Positions 54,625 through 64,000 of a DNA stretch of 64,000 bases are shown in pieces. The DNA lies in NCBI GenBank assembly GCA_963800585.1, contig CAWDBP010000008.1:262175-326174 (forward strand), given 5' to 3'. This DNA comes from an uncultured Bacteroidales bacterium (GTDB lineage: Bacteria; Bacteroidota; Bacteroidia; Bacteroidales; FEN-979). Every line of letters begins with the position of its first letter. The first letter of the stretch is position 1. The notes below the pieces were generated by a model. That model was not told the DNA's origin, did not search any database, and was given only the letters and a program-made list of their open reading frames with translations. Both the position numbers and the translations under genes were made by a program.

Positions 54625-56059
54625 ATGAAACGTTTGATTGGATTTTTTCTGGTAGCTCTGGCCGGTGGCGCTATTGCCTTAGGCGCGTTACAAATTAATG
54701 GAAAAGAAACAACATTATTATCCTTATCCGTCCAGGCAGCAATTATCATTACGACCGGTGAATTATATTCCTGGAACCCCTTTTAATGAGCCTGGATTTT
54801 GAATCTGCCGCCGCAATATCTGTACCTGCAGTTGTTCATATAAAGACTGAGTTTTCAGCAGAAAAGTAATGTATATGATGATTTTTTCAATTTTTTCAAT
54901 TTCGGACAGGGAATGCCTAACCAGGCGATAGAAGCCATGGGTTCAGGCGTGATCATTGATGCAGATGGTTATATTGTTACCAATAATCATGTTGTGCAGG
55001 ATGCAGACAATATCACGGTAACACTTAACGACAAACGTGTTTATAAAGCGACTATCATCGGATGCCGATGCAGGTAGCGACCTTGCCCTGATCAAGATTG
55101 ATGAAAAAGGACTTCCGTTTCTTACCTATGGGAATTCTGATGATGCAAGAATTGGAGAGTGGGTGCTGGCAGTTGGCAATCCTTTTAATTTAACATCAAC
55201 GGTCACAGCAGGAATTGTGAGTGCCAAAGCCCGTGACATTAACATCCTGGGTTCTCAGGGTGCAGTTGAATCATTTATCCAGACCGATGCTGCCGTTAAC
55301 CCAGGTAACAGCGGCGGCGCGCTTGTGAACCTTAAAGGGGAACTTATCGGTATCAATGCCGCCATTGCTTCAGGAACAGGAAATTATGTAGGGATATTCC
55401 TTTGCAATCCCTTCAAACATTGTTAAAAAGGTCGTGGATGACTTCATGAAATTCGGGAAGATCCAGAAGTGGACTATCTCGGGATACGATATAAGGAGAT
55501 TGACGACCAGTTTGCAAAAGATAATGATCTGCCAGCTATAAAAGGCGTTTATGTTCAGGAGGTCATTGAAGGTGGGGCAGCAGAAAAAGCAGGAGTAAAA
55601 AAAGGTGATGTCATATTGCAGATGCAGGGTATGCCTGTAGACAGTAAATCAGAACTTATCGAGATCATCAACCAGCATAATCCGGGTGACAAGATCAATC
55701 TTACTGTTTTCAGGGATGGCAAACAACTGGATGTTCCAGTGACTCTACTAAGTGAAAATGAGAACCTGGCTTTTACAAAAGATGATCAGATTATTATTCA
55801 TGGTGCTACCTTCCAGCACATTAATGATAGTGAGAAACATCGGTATGGTATCGATGACGGTTTTAAAATCGTTCATCTCGATAACGGTTTACTGAGAAAT
55901 TCGGGTATCAGGGAGGGTTTTATAGTAGTTGCAGTTGATAAACAACCTATCCATTCTACACAGGACCTCAAGGAAGCATTTACATCGAAGAGAGGAGGGG
56001 TTCTCATCGAAGGTGTTTACCCCAATGGCATGAGGGCGTATTATGGCATAGGAATATAA
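54625..56059 (+). pseudogene. htrA: HtrA/DegP/DegQ-type periplasmic serine protease with a PDZ region, broken by about 6 frameshifts
   Basis: Pieces in three frames read MKRLIGFFLVALAGGAIALGA..., [62 protein letters not shown] (catalytic Ser) and the PDZ-like segment 55469-56059. Confidence 0.75.
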
Positions 56060-56069
56060 GGAGTAAAAC

Positions 56070-56933
56070 ATGAGACAATTAAAAATATCGAAATCAATAA
56101 CCAATCGGGAAACCGCTTCTCTTGATAAATATCTTCAGGATATTGGCAAGGAAGAGTTGATCACGACTGATGAAGAAGTTCAGCTTGCACAAAAGATTCG
56201 TGGGGGTGATCAGCAAGCCCTGGAAAAACTCTGCAAGGCTAACCTGCGATTCGTCGTATCAGTTGCCAAGCAATACCAGAACCAGGGCCTCAGCCTACCC
56301 GACCTGATCAATGAAGGAAACCTGGGCTTGATTAAAGCGGCTCGCCGTTTTGATGAAACGCGTGGATTTAAATTTATATCCTATGCAGTTTGGTGGATCA
56401 GGCAATCGATCTTGCAGGCATTGGCCGAACAATCCAGGATAGTCAGGTTGCCATTGAACCAGGTGGGATCCTTAAGCAAGATGAACAAGGTCTCATCACG
56501 CCTTGAACAAAGGTTCGAAAGACCTCCCTCAGCCGATGAGATCGCAACAGAGATGGAACTCCCCCAGCATAAGGTTGAAGAGACACTCCGGATCTCCACA
56601 AGGACAATCTCAATGGATGCCCCGATCGATCAGGATGATGATCTGAGGTTTCTCGATGTATTTGTATCAGAAGATGCACCGGGAACAGATGAAGACCTTA
56701 TCAGGGAATCGCTCGCAAGAGAAGTCCAGCGGTCACTTTCCACGCTGGCCGAAAAAGAACGGGAGATCATCAACCTCTTCTATGGGATCGGCGTCCCGCA
56801 CAATTATACCCTTGAAGAGATTGGGGATATGTTCGATCTTACAAGGGAAAGAGTGCGGCAGATCAAGGAGAAAGCCCTTCGCAGGTTGAAACATTCTTCA
56901 CGTAGTAAGTTACTCAAAGCGTATCTGGGCTGA
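56070..56933 (+). CDS. rpoD: Primary sigma factor (Bacteroidota-type short RpoD)
   Basis: 287 aa. [37 protein letters not shown] (region 2) and [28 protein letters not shown] (region 4). Confidence 0.9.
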   Translation: MRQLKISKSITNRETASLDKYLQDIGKEELITTDEEVQLAQKIRGGDQQALEKLCKANLRFVVSVAKQYQNQGLSLPDLINEGNLGLIKAARRFDETRGFKFISYAVWWIRQSILQALAEQSRIVRLPLNQVGSLSKMNKVSSRLEQRFERPPSADEIATEMELPQHKVEETLRISTRTISMDAPIDQDDDLRFLDVFVSEDAPGTDEDLIRESLAREVQRSLSTLAEKEREIINLFYGIGVPHNYTLEEIGDMFDLTRERVRQIKEKALRRLKHSSRSKLLKAYLG

Positions 56934-56937
56934 TACC

Positions 56938-57354
56938 TCATTTACCCTCATGGTAATTCATCCTGACAGTTTTTATTAAGTCAGGATGTAGGCTGAGATA
57001 GACTGGACAGGTTGTGGCAGCATGCCATATAATGGTTTTTTCTTTCTCGGAGTATGTCCTTTCAGGGAAATCAAATTCTACAACAACCTCAGCTACCCTC
57101 CTTGGATTCTCTGCCATGATCTTGGTGATCCTTATCGTGGTTCCATCAACATCAAAGTTGTGAGTCCGGGCTGCAATGCCGATAATAGTCATCATGCAAC
57201 TTCCAAGGGATGTTGCTAAAAGATCTGTTGGGGAGAAGGCTTCACCCTTACCTTGGTTATCCACGGGGGCATCTGTAATGAGGGTATTCCCCGATCGCAC
57301 ATGCATAGCACTTGTCCTTAATTCCCCCAGATATGTTGTTTTTACAGTTTCCAT
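56938..57354 (-). CDS. osmC: OsmC/Ohr-family peroxiredoxin-like protein
   Basis: 138 aa. ...FSPTDLLATSLGSCMMT... and ...HAATTCPVY..., the two conserved Cys motifs. Confidence 0.75.
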   Translation of the reverse strand: METVKTTYLGELRTSAMHVRSGNTLITDAPVDNQGKGEAFSPTDLLATSLGSCMMTIIGIAARTHNFDVDGTTIRITKIMAENPRRVAEVVVEFDFPERTYSEKEKTIIWHAATTCPVYLSLHPDLIKTVRMNYHEGK

Positions 57355-57365
57355 AACTAAAATTT

Positions 57366-57405
57366 ATAATTCATAATTATAATTCGTAATTAATAATACA
57401 TAATG
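57366..57405. repeat. AT-rich reiterated ATAATT(C) tract
   Basis: ATAATTCATAATTATAATTCGTAATTAATAATACATAATG. Shares the GTAATT(C) unit with 58561-58582. Confidence 0.6.
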
Positions 57406-57552
57406 CCTGCATAACCAACCCAATGATGCATCGTAGCCTTGGCAGTTTTACCCATTATAAGGTCACTAACCATAAGCGTGGCTCGTCAAGCGAGGTGCCA
57501 TAACCGATAAAAATACCTTGCAGGGGTTTACCGGATATTGCAGCCTGCATCT

Positions 57553-58509
57553 TCAGGATGGTAAGCAATCCAATGGGACAGAGTATCTTCCGCACCAGGT
57601 CCATTTGTAAGACTTATAATCATCATCTATAAGCGTGTACTGTGTGAATTTTTTTACTTTTTCCTGTTCCAGCGGTCCATAAAGCGATTCATTGATGATC
57701 TTCATTTCATGCTCTTTTGCTTCCGCATATCCTTTATCATCACAGCCATAGAAGGCGAAATTGGATCCGTTCCACTCCTCGTCCCCATAATGAACGGCAT
57801 CGGTCGACATCACAATGGCTACATCCCTGCCCCATTTCAAACCTTTAGCTTTTAGCGCCTTTTCGATGGCCGGGGCGAGAAGGTCTGCGAGGTGATCCAT
57901 TCTTTCATACGACATATAAGGTACAAGAATTGAAACGATCCTGACCTTCTTGTTATAATATTGAAGAAATGGAATTATGGCTTCAACCGAATGTTCGGCC
58001 TGCTGTAGACTGTCATAGACTATGAACGCTTCACCTGGCAGGTTTTTCATGATTTCTTCACGAAGATCCGGCACGATGATGTTGCCATAAGGTTCCTTCC
58101 ATTGATCAAAAAAATCGAATACCAGCCGGCCCTCAATATTGAATTGTTTCGCCTTATGGGCAACACCGAACAGGATGATCATGCTGGCGTGGATGTTCTT
58201 CAATACCTCCGGGTAGAGCCATCCTGCATATACATAATCATCGTGTGGACAAATGGCGGCTTTCTGAAATGAATGTGAGCCAATTCCCTTAGGTTTGACT
58301 TTCATGCCTTCGCCATGCCTGTTTAGTTTCGCGATTCGGCTCATGACAGAATCCATCTGCCAGGAATGTGAAGCAAATCCAACTGTGTCAAGAGGATGAC
58401 GAACACGGATGGGTGATGATTTAGCTTGCGACCATGCAGTATTTGCAAGGATGGTCATGATAAGAAAACAAGCAAGTTTTAGACCGGTTATTTTGACGGA
58501 TTGATTCAT
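57553..58509 (-). CDS. Secreted MEMO1/LigB-superfamily protein (second Memo-like gene)
   Basis: Signal peptide ...ILANTAWSQA, then ICPHDDYVYAGWLY and MSTDAVHYG motifs, analogous to the PHAGY / SSDFSHY motifs of the fused gene at 48270. Confidence 0.55.
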   Translation of the reverse strand: MNQSVKITGLKLACFLIMTILANTAWSQAKSSPIRVRHPLDTVGFASHSWQMDSVMSRIAKLNRHGEGMKVKPKGIGSHSFQKAAICPHDDYVYAGWLYPEVLKNIHASMIILFGVAHKAKQFNIEGRLVFDFFDQWKEPYGNIIVPDLREEIMKNLPGEAFIVYDSLQQAEHSVEAIIPFLQYYNKKVRIVSILVPYMSYERMDHLADLLAPAIEKALKAKGLKWGRDVAIVMSTDAVHYGDEEWNGSNFAFYGCDDKGYAEAKEHEMKIINESLYGPLEQEKVKKFTQYTLIDDDYKSYKWTWCGRYSVPLDCLPS

Positions 58510-58535
58510 GATCTTTTAACATTGATCATGTAAAA

Positions 58536-60962
58536 TTACCATAATTTTGCAAGGCTATCTCGTAATTCGTAATTCGTAATTATTTCAACGATCCCTTTGT
58601 CTCCATCCAGTTTCACGACATCTGCATTTTTCAGGAACTTTTTAGCACCTTTTGCCCCGACAACTGCTGGGATGCCATATTCCCTCGCTACAACCGCGCC
58701 ATGAGACAGGGGGCTTCCGATTTCTGTTATAAGTCCTGATACGATGCTGAAATATGGCGACCAACCGATATCTGTAAAAGAGGCTACCATGATTTCTCCG
58801 GCTTGCAGCATCGCAGCATCTTCGAGGGTGTTGACGATCCTCACCTTTGCCTGCACAACACCGCTGCTCACAGGGATGCCTCTTAACTGTGTGTCCAGGA
58901 TCACGATTTCCTGATCTTCTTCAATGGGTTCAGGAATACCCTGGCAAACCTCTGCAAACTGAAGCGCTGCCGTCTGAGGAAGCAGCTCCCTGCGTTTACC
59001 GGCCTTATTTCGCCAGGATGGAGAATGGTCCCTGATCATCAGTCCGATCTCTTCATGCGTCAGGTAATAAACCTGGTCAGCATCATCCAGAAGCCCTTCC
59101 TTAACCAGTATTTCAGCATAGTGCTGCCAGGCTGTCCTGATCTTGTGCAAAACCTTTATGGATGCTGATTTTGTGATCTCTCTCCGTGAAACTGAAATAC
59201 GGGCACTTCCGAGGAATGATTTTATAACGATTTTTTGCCATTGCTTCAAGCCGGCGAGTATTTCCTTCGTTTTCTTAATGATGGCTTCAGGATGATGTAT
59301 TTTCTCTCCTGACCTTAACCGGGTTTGCAACATCTGAACCAGTTGTAACGGATTCTCTTCCCAGGGCATTTCATGGAGTTCAGCTTCCCGGACACAACGG
59401 TGTCCATGCCGTTCAATAAATGTTTTATAGGCCCGGATCACTTCCGGTGGCGAATCCTGGGTCAGGAGCCTCAGGGCTTCTGCAGGCGTTGCTGTAATAA
59501 AAATGCCGGCAAAGCGCTTCTCCGACTGGATCAGCGAGGCAAATAGGTCAAGGGACTTTACGGCATCGGCGCTTTCAATATCAGGAATATCGGTTAGAAG
59601 AAGTGTCGCTATATGATGATCTTCTGAGGTGGGAAGCCGCTTGTTGGACGTGAGAATGCCCATTAGTGCTGAGTAGAGCGTTCCTGACTGGGAGGAGGCA
59701 ATGATGTGATGACCAAAAGCCTCTTTCAGCACTTCCCGTGCATCATCAAGGGCCTTGTAGTCTTTTTCAAGATCTCCTGTTTGAGTGACCTTATAATTAT
59801 CGGCAAGAAATAGAAGCCTCCTGACATTTTTTTTTGTCCAGCTCAGGCTGATCATCTGTTTTATAAAGTGCATCACCCGTAAAGGGAAATTCGATGTAAA
59901 CTTCACATCCGGAATATCGATGACCTTCCCGATCACGGCAAACTGAACATTTTCAGCTTTATTCAGCCACACATTACGGGGATAATCCATCATGTTTGTC
60001 ATGTTGATGAACAACCGGTTATAGAACATCTGGATATAACGGAAGCTTTTATATTTTTTGAGACTGTAAGCGCCTGCCGCCTCTGCCCAAACAGTCATCC
60101 CATAATCAACCGCATGAAAAGAAACTGAATACGTAAGGGGAGTGACAACGCCCGGCATCATCTCGCCGATATTGCCAAGCGTCCAGGTGTCATTGCTGCT
60201 TCCTGTGACTGTGTCCAGCTCATTGTAATGAACCTCGGGAAGCGTGGTAACAGGCCTGACCTGCAGCCATTGAATTTGATCTTCTTCATCGATGGCCCAC
60301 TCCAGGTCTACCGGGTAGCCCAAATGAGCTTGTGCTTTTAATGAAGCATCCAGGATTTCCCGTATATGATCCGATGAAAGCAAGCCTCCTTGTTTTTTTA
60401 CCTGGTCAGAGATATTTGATCCACTGTGGTATATTTTATAATGAATGGCATCCTTAGTTCCACTCACAAGGTCTTCGCCATGGCCTTTTACAGCATTGAT
60501 GATAACCTGGTCGCGCCGGCCTGTTACAGGATCGGCCGTGAATACCACCCCGGCGACTTTTGCATTTACCATGTTTTGTAAGATCACAGAGATCCTGATG
60601 TCGGCGTCTTCCGAAAGGTTGGTGACATATTCTCGCACCCGGTCTGAACGGCTGGCTTCGATGCATTTTATGATAGCATCTTTAATGGCAGGGATCCCAT
60701 TCAGGTGCAAATAGGTTTCAAATTGTCCGGCAAAAGAAGCATTGACACCGTCTTCGCTCACCGCGGAAGAACGCACGGCCTTGGGTCCATTGCCCAGCAG
60801 AGTAATGCTTTTTTCAAGGGGAAGATGTTCAAGGCTTTGAAGGGTAGGGTGAACGATCACAAAAGCATCAGGGACATTCAACCCGAGATCTCTCAGGATC
60901 TTCAACCCCCTCGCCTTGCCCCCGATCTCTTCGTCAGTAATTTCGGAAATGAATCTGATCAC
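58536..60962 (-). CDS. PEP-utilising enzyme with PPDK_N-type ATP-grasp N-terminus and a swivelling phosphohistidine C-terminus, but no PEP/pyruvate TIM barrel (rifampin-phosphotransferase-like architecture)
   Basis: GGKARGLKILRDLGLNVPDAFVI... at the N-terminus and TEIGSPLSHGAVVAREYGIPAVVG near the C-terminus. The GTG start overlaps the upstream stop (GTGA). Confidence 0.7.
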   Translation of the reverse strand: MIRFISEITDEEIGGKARGLKILRDLGLNVPDAFVIVHPTLQSLEHLPLEKSITLLGNGPKAVRSSAVSEDGVNASFAGQFETYLHLNGIPAIKDAIIKCIEASRSDRVREYVTNLSEDADIRISVILQNMVNAKVAGVVFTADPVTGRRDQVIINAVKGHGEDLVSGTKDAIHYKIYHSGSNISDQVKKQGGLLSSDHIREILDASLKAQAHLGYPVDLEWAIDEEDQIQWLQVRPVTTLPEVHYNELDTVTGSSNDTWTLGNIGEMMPGVVTPLTYSVSFHAVDYGMTVWAEAAGAYSLKKYKSFRYIQMFYNRLFINMTNMMDYPRNVWLNKAENVQFAVIGKVIDIPDVKFTSNFPLRVMHFIKQMISLSWTKKNVRRLLFLADNYKVTQTGDLEKDYKALDDAREVLKEAFGHHIIASSQSGTLYSALMGILTSNKRLPTSEDHHIATLLLTDIPDIESADAVKSLDLFASLIQSEKRFAGIFITATPAEALRLLTQDSPPEVIRAYKTFIERHGHRCVREAELHEMPWEENPLQLVQMLQTRLRSGEKIHHPEAIIKKTKEILAGLKQWQKIVIKSFLGSARISVSRREITKSASIKVLHKIRTAWQHYAEILVKEGLLDDADQVYYLTHEEIGLMIRDHSPSWRNKAGKRRELLPQTAALQFAEVCQGIPEPIEEDQEIVILDTQLRGIPVSSGVVQAKVRIVNTLEDAAMLQAGEIMVASFTDIGWSPYFSIVSGLITEIGSPLSHGAVVAREYGIPAVVGAKGAKKFLKNADVVKLDGDKGIVEIITNYELRDSLAKLW
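58561..58582. repeat. CGTAATT x3 tandem heptamer at the extreme 3' end of the PEP-utilising ORF
   Basis: CGTAATTCGTAATTCGTAATTA read directly. It encodes the non-conserved tail ...TNYELRD.... Confidence 0.7.
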
Positions 60963-61969
60963 AGGCTGTATTTATCAGAATGAAACCCGAATTCCACCAT
61001 TCCAAGCCCTTCAACCCGGTCAAATTTATAGTTTCCTATGGCTTCGAACATCAGGTATTTATGATCCATGATATAAGGGAAATGCCCCTTACGGAAAAAC
61101 TCCATGGTATGGATTTTACCACTCCTCATTTTTAATTCAATCACAGCATTATCCGGCAAAAGTTTGTTTCTGGAAACGCTCTCAAGGTCAGTGCAATCAA
61201 CAACTGCATCGATGGTCCCATCAGGTTCAACTACAAAGCCTGCAGTGAGCCGGCCCAGGAAATCAAACCGGATGGTGGTCACCGTCCAGCTATATCCGGC
61301 ATCTGATTTTCCTGTGATCCAGTAATGACGGTCCCAGGTAGTCCAGTTGCGTGAACCGAAGGAATGATCCCGCGATCCCCACATCTTTACTTCATGTCTT
61401 ATTCCATCGAGGATGATATATCCCGTGAGGCTGCCGGTTTGCTCATAATGAACCTGGTGGGTGTCTTTCAGGTTGAAAAAGAAACTCCGGTTCCATTTTG
61501 AGGAGGCAATGGCATCGGCAATCAGCCGCTGGTCTGAGCTTTTTGCAAAATCATAAACTTCATGCTCTCCTGTAAAAAGAAGGTTGGTTTCACAGGTGTG
61601 TTCCTTCCCTTCCTCTCCGGTCACCTTGCCTTCATAGGTAATTCTCCAGATCTTGCCGGTCTCGACGGGTTCCCATTTAAGGTTTCCAAGTTGAAAGCCT
61701 TCTCCTTCTGCTCCCGGATCCTGGTGCAATCCGAAGAACCCAAATCCGTTAAATTTGAAATCAAACCAATACTCATGAGGCCGGTCGGGTCCGCGAAAAG
61801 CCATACGGGTAATAAATGCATTTCCTTCCCTGTCGCCTCCATAAAAGTAAGAGCTGTCGTTAGGAAAAGGTTGCTTAAGGTCAACATGTTTTTGTTCAAG
61901 TATTTCAACAGGTAGCTGGCGGCTCTTGGTTCGTTTTACCATCTGCCGGGCAAGGAATTGTTTGAGCAT
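60959..61969 (-). CDS. Hypothetical protein (336 aa), translationally coupled to the PEP-utilising enzyme
   Basis: Intact ORF with beta-rich composition and several W-containing motifs. No family recognised. Confidence 0.5.
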   Translation of the reverse strand: MLKQFLARQMVKRTKSRQLPVEILEQKHVDLKQPFPNDSSYFYGGDREGNAFITRMAFRGPDRPHEYWFDFKFNGFGFFGLHQDPGAEGEGFQLGNLKWEPVETGKIWRITYEGKVTGEEGKEHTCETNLLFTGEHEVYDFAKSSDQRLIADAIASSKWNRSFFFNLKDTHQVHYEQTGSLTGYIILDGIRHEVKMWGSRDHSFGSRNWTTWDRHYWITGKSDAGYSWTVTTIRFDFLGRLTAGFVVEPDGTIDAVVDCTDLESVSRNKLLPDNAVIELKMRSGKIHTMEFFRKGHFPYIMDHKYLMFEAIGNYKFDRVEGLGMVEFGFHSDKYSL

Positions 61970-62054
61970 AGTTTGGGGATTTAGACGGCAAACTTAGAAA
62001 AAACTTATGAATACTTTGGAGTAGGATTATCAGAAATTTTAAACTAACTTACGA

Positions 62055-62080
62055 ACTGACTGCTGACTGCCGACTGCCAA
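62055..62080. repeat. Short tandem CTGACTG(C)-type repeat just downstream of the GH13 gene
   Basis: ACTGACTGCTGACTGCCGACTGCCAA read directly. Confidence 0.6.
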
Positions 62081-63475
62081 CTATTTCACCAGTATCATGT
62101 ATTCATAGGGATTCAGATTCACAACGGTATCAAGCGTAACTGGAACGCCAGCCATAGCATCCTGCCAGGTCGTATTTTTGATATTCCCCGGGAGAGTAAA
62201 GCTTTTAGGTTCGTTGCGGGTATTGACAAGAACGAAAATCCGATCATTGGTTACCTGGCGTGTGAAGGCCACAACATCATTGTCTGGAAAACATTCCCGG
62301 TCGCCGGTTTGTAAGGCAGTATGTGTCGCCCGAAGCTGCATGAGCGATTTATATTCTTTTCCCATGCCGGGATTTGTGGTCCAGTTTATTGGGGACCGCA
62401 CGAATATTGGTAATTTAACCGGGCAGCCCACTTCCTGTCCATTGTATATCAGGGGAACGCCATCGAGAAATGCCGTGATGACAAAGGCTGACATTGATCC
62501 GTTTATTCCTCCAAACAGGTCCAGAGGTGTTCCATCCGACGAATCTTCGTCATGATTGGAGGTAAAACGAAGCTTTTCATCGCCTGCCGGAATGGTGCTG
62601 TACTCGCTTTGTTGCGTTTGGTAGAATGTACTGGCAGCCAGGTTGTTCTCATAAACATTTTTGCATGTGCTGAAAAAATCCCATCCGAAATCCATCTGAA
62701 AACCGGCAGTAAAATGATCAACGCGATTACCTTCTGCAAGCATGATTATTTTCCGGTTGGGGATATTCTTCAATGTGTCAATTGCCTGTCTCCAAAAATC
62801 GAAAGGTACATAATCCGCCGCATCACATCTGTATCCATCGATATTGGCTGCAAGGATCCAGTATTTCATGCATCGTATCATTTCCAGCCGCATATCTGAA
62901 TTGTCATAATTGAGGTCTGCAACATCCGTCCAGTTTGTGCCAGGAGGAGAAACGATATTACCATTCGCATCCTGTGTATACCAGGATTTATTCGAAATCC
63001 ATGCATTGTCCCAGGAAGTATGGTTTGCTACCCAGTCGAGGATGACAGCCATATTCCGGGTATGGGCTTCCCTGACTAACGTTCGCAAACTTTCAAGGTT
63101 TCCATAATCCGGATTGACTTCCCTGTAATTCCTTACACAGTATGGGGAGTCGATGCTTTTAAGAATACCTATAGGATGTATTGGCATGAGCCAGATCACA
63201 TTAATACCAAGATATTTGATGGAATCAAGCCGGGGTATGATTCCGGCAAAATCACCCGATTGACTGAATGCCCTCTCATTGATCTCATACATGGTAATAG
63301 CAGAAGTCACCGGGATATCTGCAAACGGGGTTTCGTACTGGGGTGGGTCAGGGATGATGATGAAGATTGGTGTCCCTGACGTCGACGTGGTTTCATTCTT
63401 TTTGCATCCGGCATTAATTACCAGAAGAGCCGTCAGAGTAATCATAATTATCACATGGAAACGCTTCATTTTCAT
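62081..63475 (-). CDS. GH13 alpha-amylase-family glycoside hydrolase, lipoprotein
   Basis: LLVINAGC lipobox. GH13 regions are GINVIWLMPIHP, DGYRCDAADYV, MLAEGN and FTSNHDE. Confidence 0.85.
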   Translation of the reverse strand: MKMKRFHVIIMITLTALLVINAGCKKNETTSTSGTPIFIIIPDPPQYETPFADIPVTSAITMYEINERAFSQSGDFAGIIPRLDSIKYLGINVIWLMPIHPIGILKSIDSPYCVRNYREVNPDYGNLESLRTLVREAHTRNMAVILDWVANHTSWDNAWISNKSWYTQDANGNIVSPPGTNWTDVADLNYDNSDMRLEMIRCMKYWILAANIDGYRCDAADYVPFDFWRQAIDTLKNIPNRKIIMLAEGNRVDHFTAGFQMDFGWDFFSTCKNVYENNLAASTFYQTQQSEYSTIPAGDEKLRFTSNHDEDSSDGTPLDLFGGINGSMSAFVITAFLDGVPLIYNGQEVGCPVKLPIFVRSPINWTTNPGMGKEYKSLMQLRATHTALQTGDRECFPDNDVVAFTRQVTNDRIFVLVNTRNEPKSFTLPGNIKNTTWQDAMAGVPVTLDTVVNLNPYEYMILVK

Positions 63476-63521
63476 GCTGCAAAAGTACTGATTTTAACCT
63501 GAAGGCTGCAGTGCTGAATTC

Positions 63522-64000
63522 CTACATCCCCGTAAGGTCCACATGATCAAAGTACAGCTCGTGTCCTCCGATGTACATAACACGGAATTCAACACCATTG
63601 TAGTCTTTGTCGAGGGTTGTTTTCAGATCGAACACCTGGTAAGCATCCCTGCGTTGAAAATCGCAGGAACGAATGGCCTGGGTGGCAAGAACTTTTTTGC
63701 CATATTCAACTGATATTTCAAGAATTGCAAGGTTACGTGTGTCAAGATCAGGTTCTGATTTCAGGCTGAACTGAACAAGGATAGTCCCCTGTTTCAATGA
63801 AAGGAAAGGTCCGTAAATAAAATGCTTTTTCCTGTCAAAGTCGCTGGTCGTCACAACCACCTTCCCGAACCTTGAATCAGGATCGGTCACTATCTTTCCC
63901 TGGTGCTGCATTTCTTCTCCCGAAAAGGTTCTCTTATAATAAGCCCTTTCATACTGGCATAGGTGAAGATCACCAACATTGAATTCCGCACCTCTGCGGA
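63522..64000 (-). CDS. Hypothetical protein, C-terminal part (the frame stays open to the window edge, so the 5' end is outside)
   Basis: No stop codon between 63911 and 64000 in this frame on the minus strand. No family recognised. Confidence 0.5.
   Translation of the reverse strand, partial: RRGAEFNVGDLHLCQYERAYYKRTFSGEEMQHQGKIVTDPDSRFGKVVVTTSDFDRKKHFIYGPFLSLKQGTILVQFSLKSEPDLDTRNLAILEISVEYGKKVLATQAIRSCDFQRRDAYQVFDLKTTLDKDYNGVEFRVMYIGGHELYFDHVDLTGM

Overview
This 64-kb window looks like a Bacteroidota chromosome: two proteins carry T9SS C-terminal sorting domains, RpoD is 287 aa, -7 boxes are TAnnTTTG-like, and intergenic DNA is AT-rich. I count about 55 protein genes. By eye there is no rRNA, tRNA, CRISPR array, transposase or integrase. 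Left edge (1-3.8 kb): the end of an RND efflux pump plus its NodT-type outer-membrane factor. From 3.8 to 35.4 kb lies the most unusual part. Essentially every transcription unit there (12 of them, both strands) is preceded by the same rigid 68-69-nt promoter architecture: AAATGTGTGAAT-n-ATGTAAC / N15 / TGTAACAC / N24 / TTTG. I did not see it in the other ~30 kb. The first unit is a KaiA-less kaiC-kaiB-kaiB-PAS-usp operon, with a long coiled-coil tail on KaiC. The other units encode stress and envelope or lipid functions:
- OYE reductase and an lmo0937-like mini-protein
- a tandem DUF3494 ice-binding-like T9SS cargo
- MlaEFD plus a translationally coupled outer-membrane-type protein
- two PAP2 phosphatases
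- DUF6600-like, AsmA/DUF748-like and Omp85-like proteins
- an Nramp transporter
- a B12-radical-SAM / LtaS-like / DAG-kinase-like / MscS unit
No DNA-binding regulator is encoded inside the island. The right half (35-64 kb) is mostly housekeeping: argF, ftsE, rlmB, rmuC, rpoD, htrA, osmC and a GH13 amylase. It also contains an orphan higBA pair and an AmmeMemoRadiSam set whose members all carry export signals, including a Tat-like leader on the radical SAM enzyme. A rifampin-phosphotransferase-like PEP-utilising enzyme operon, G-free low-complexity tracts and a 44-bp interspersed repeat are present too. At least about 15 frameshifts interrupt otherwise clear genes (addB-like, yfcE-like, htrA, ftsE, the Tat-rSAM, a T9SS cargo). 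They could be homopolymer assembly errors or real decay, and the sequence alone cannot decide. All family calls come from reading the translations by eye; no database search was run.
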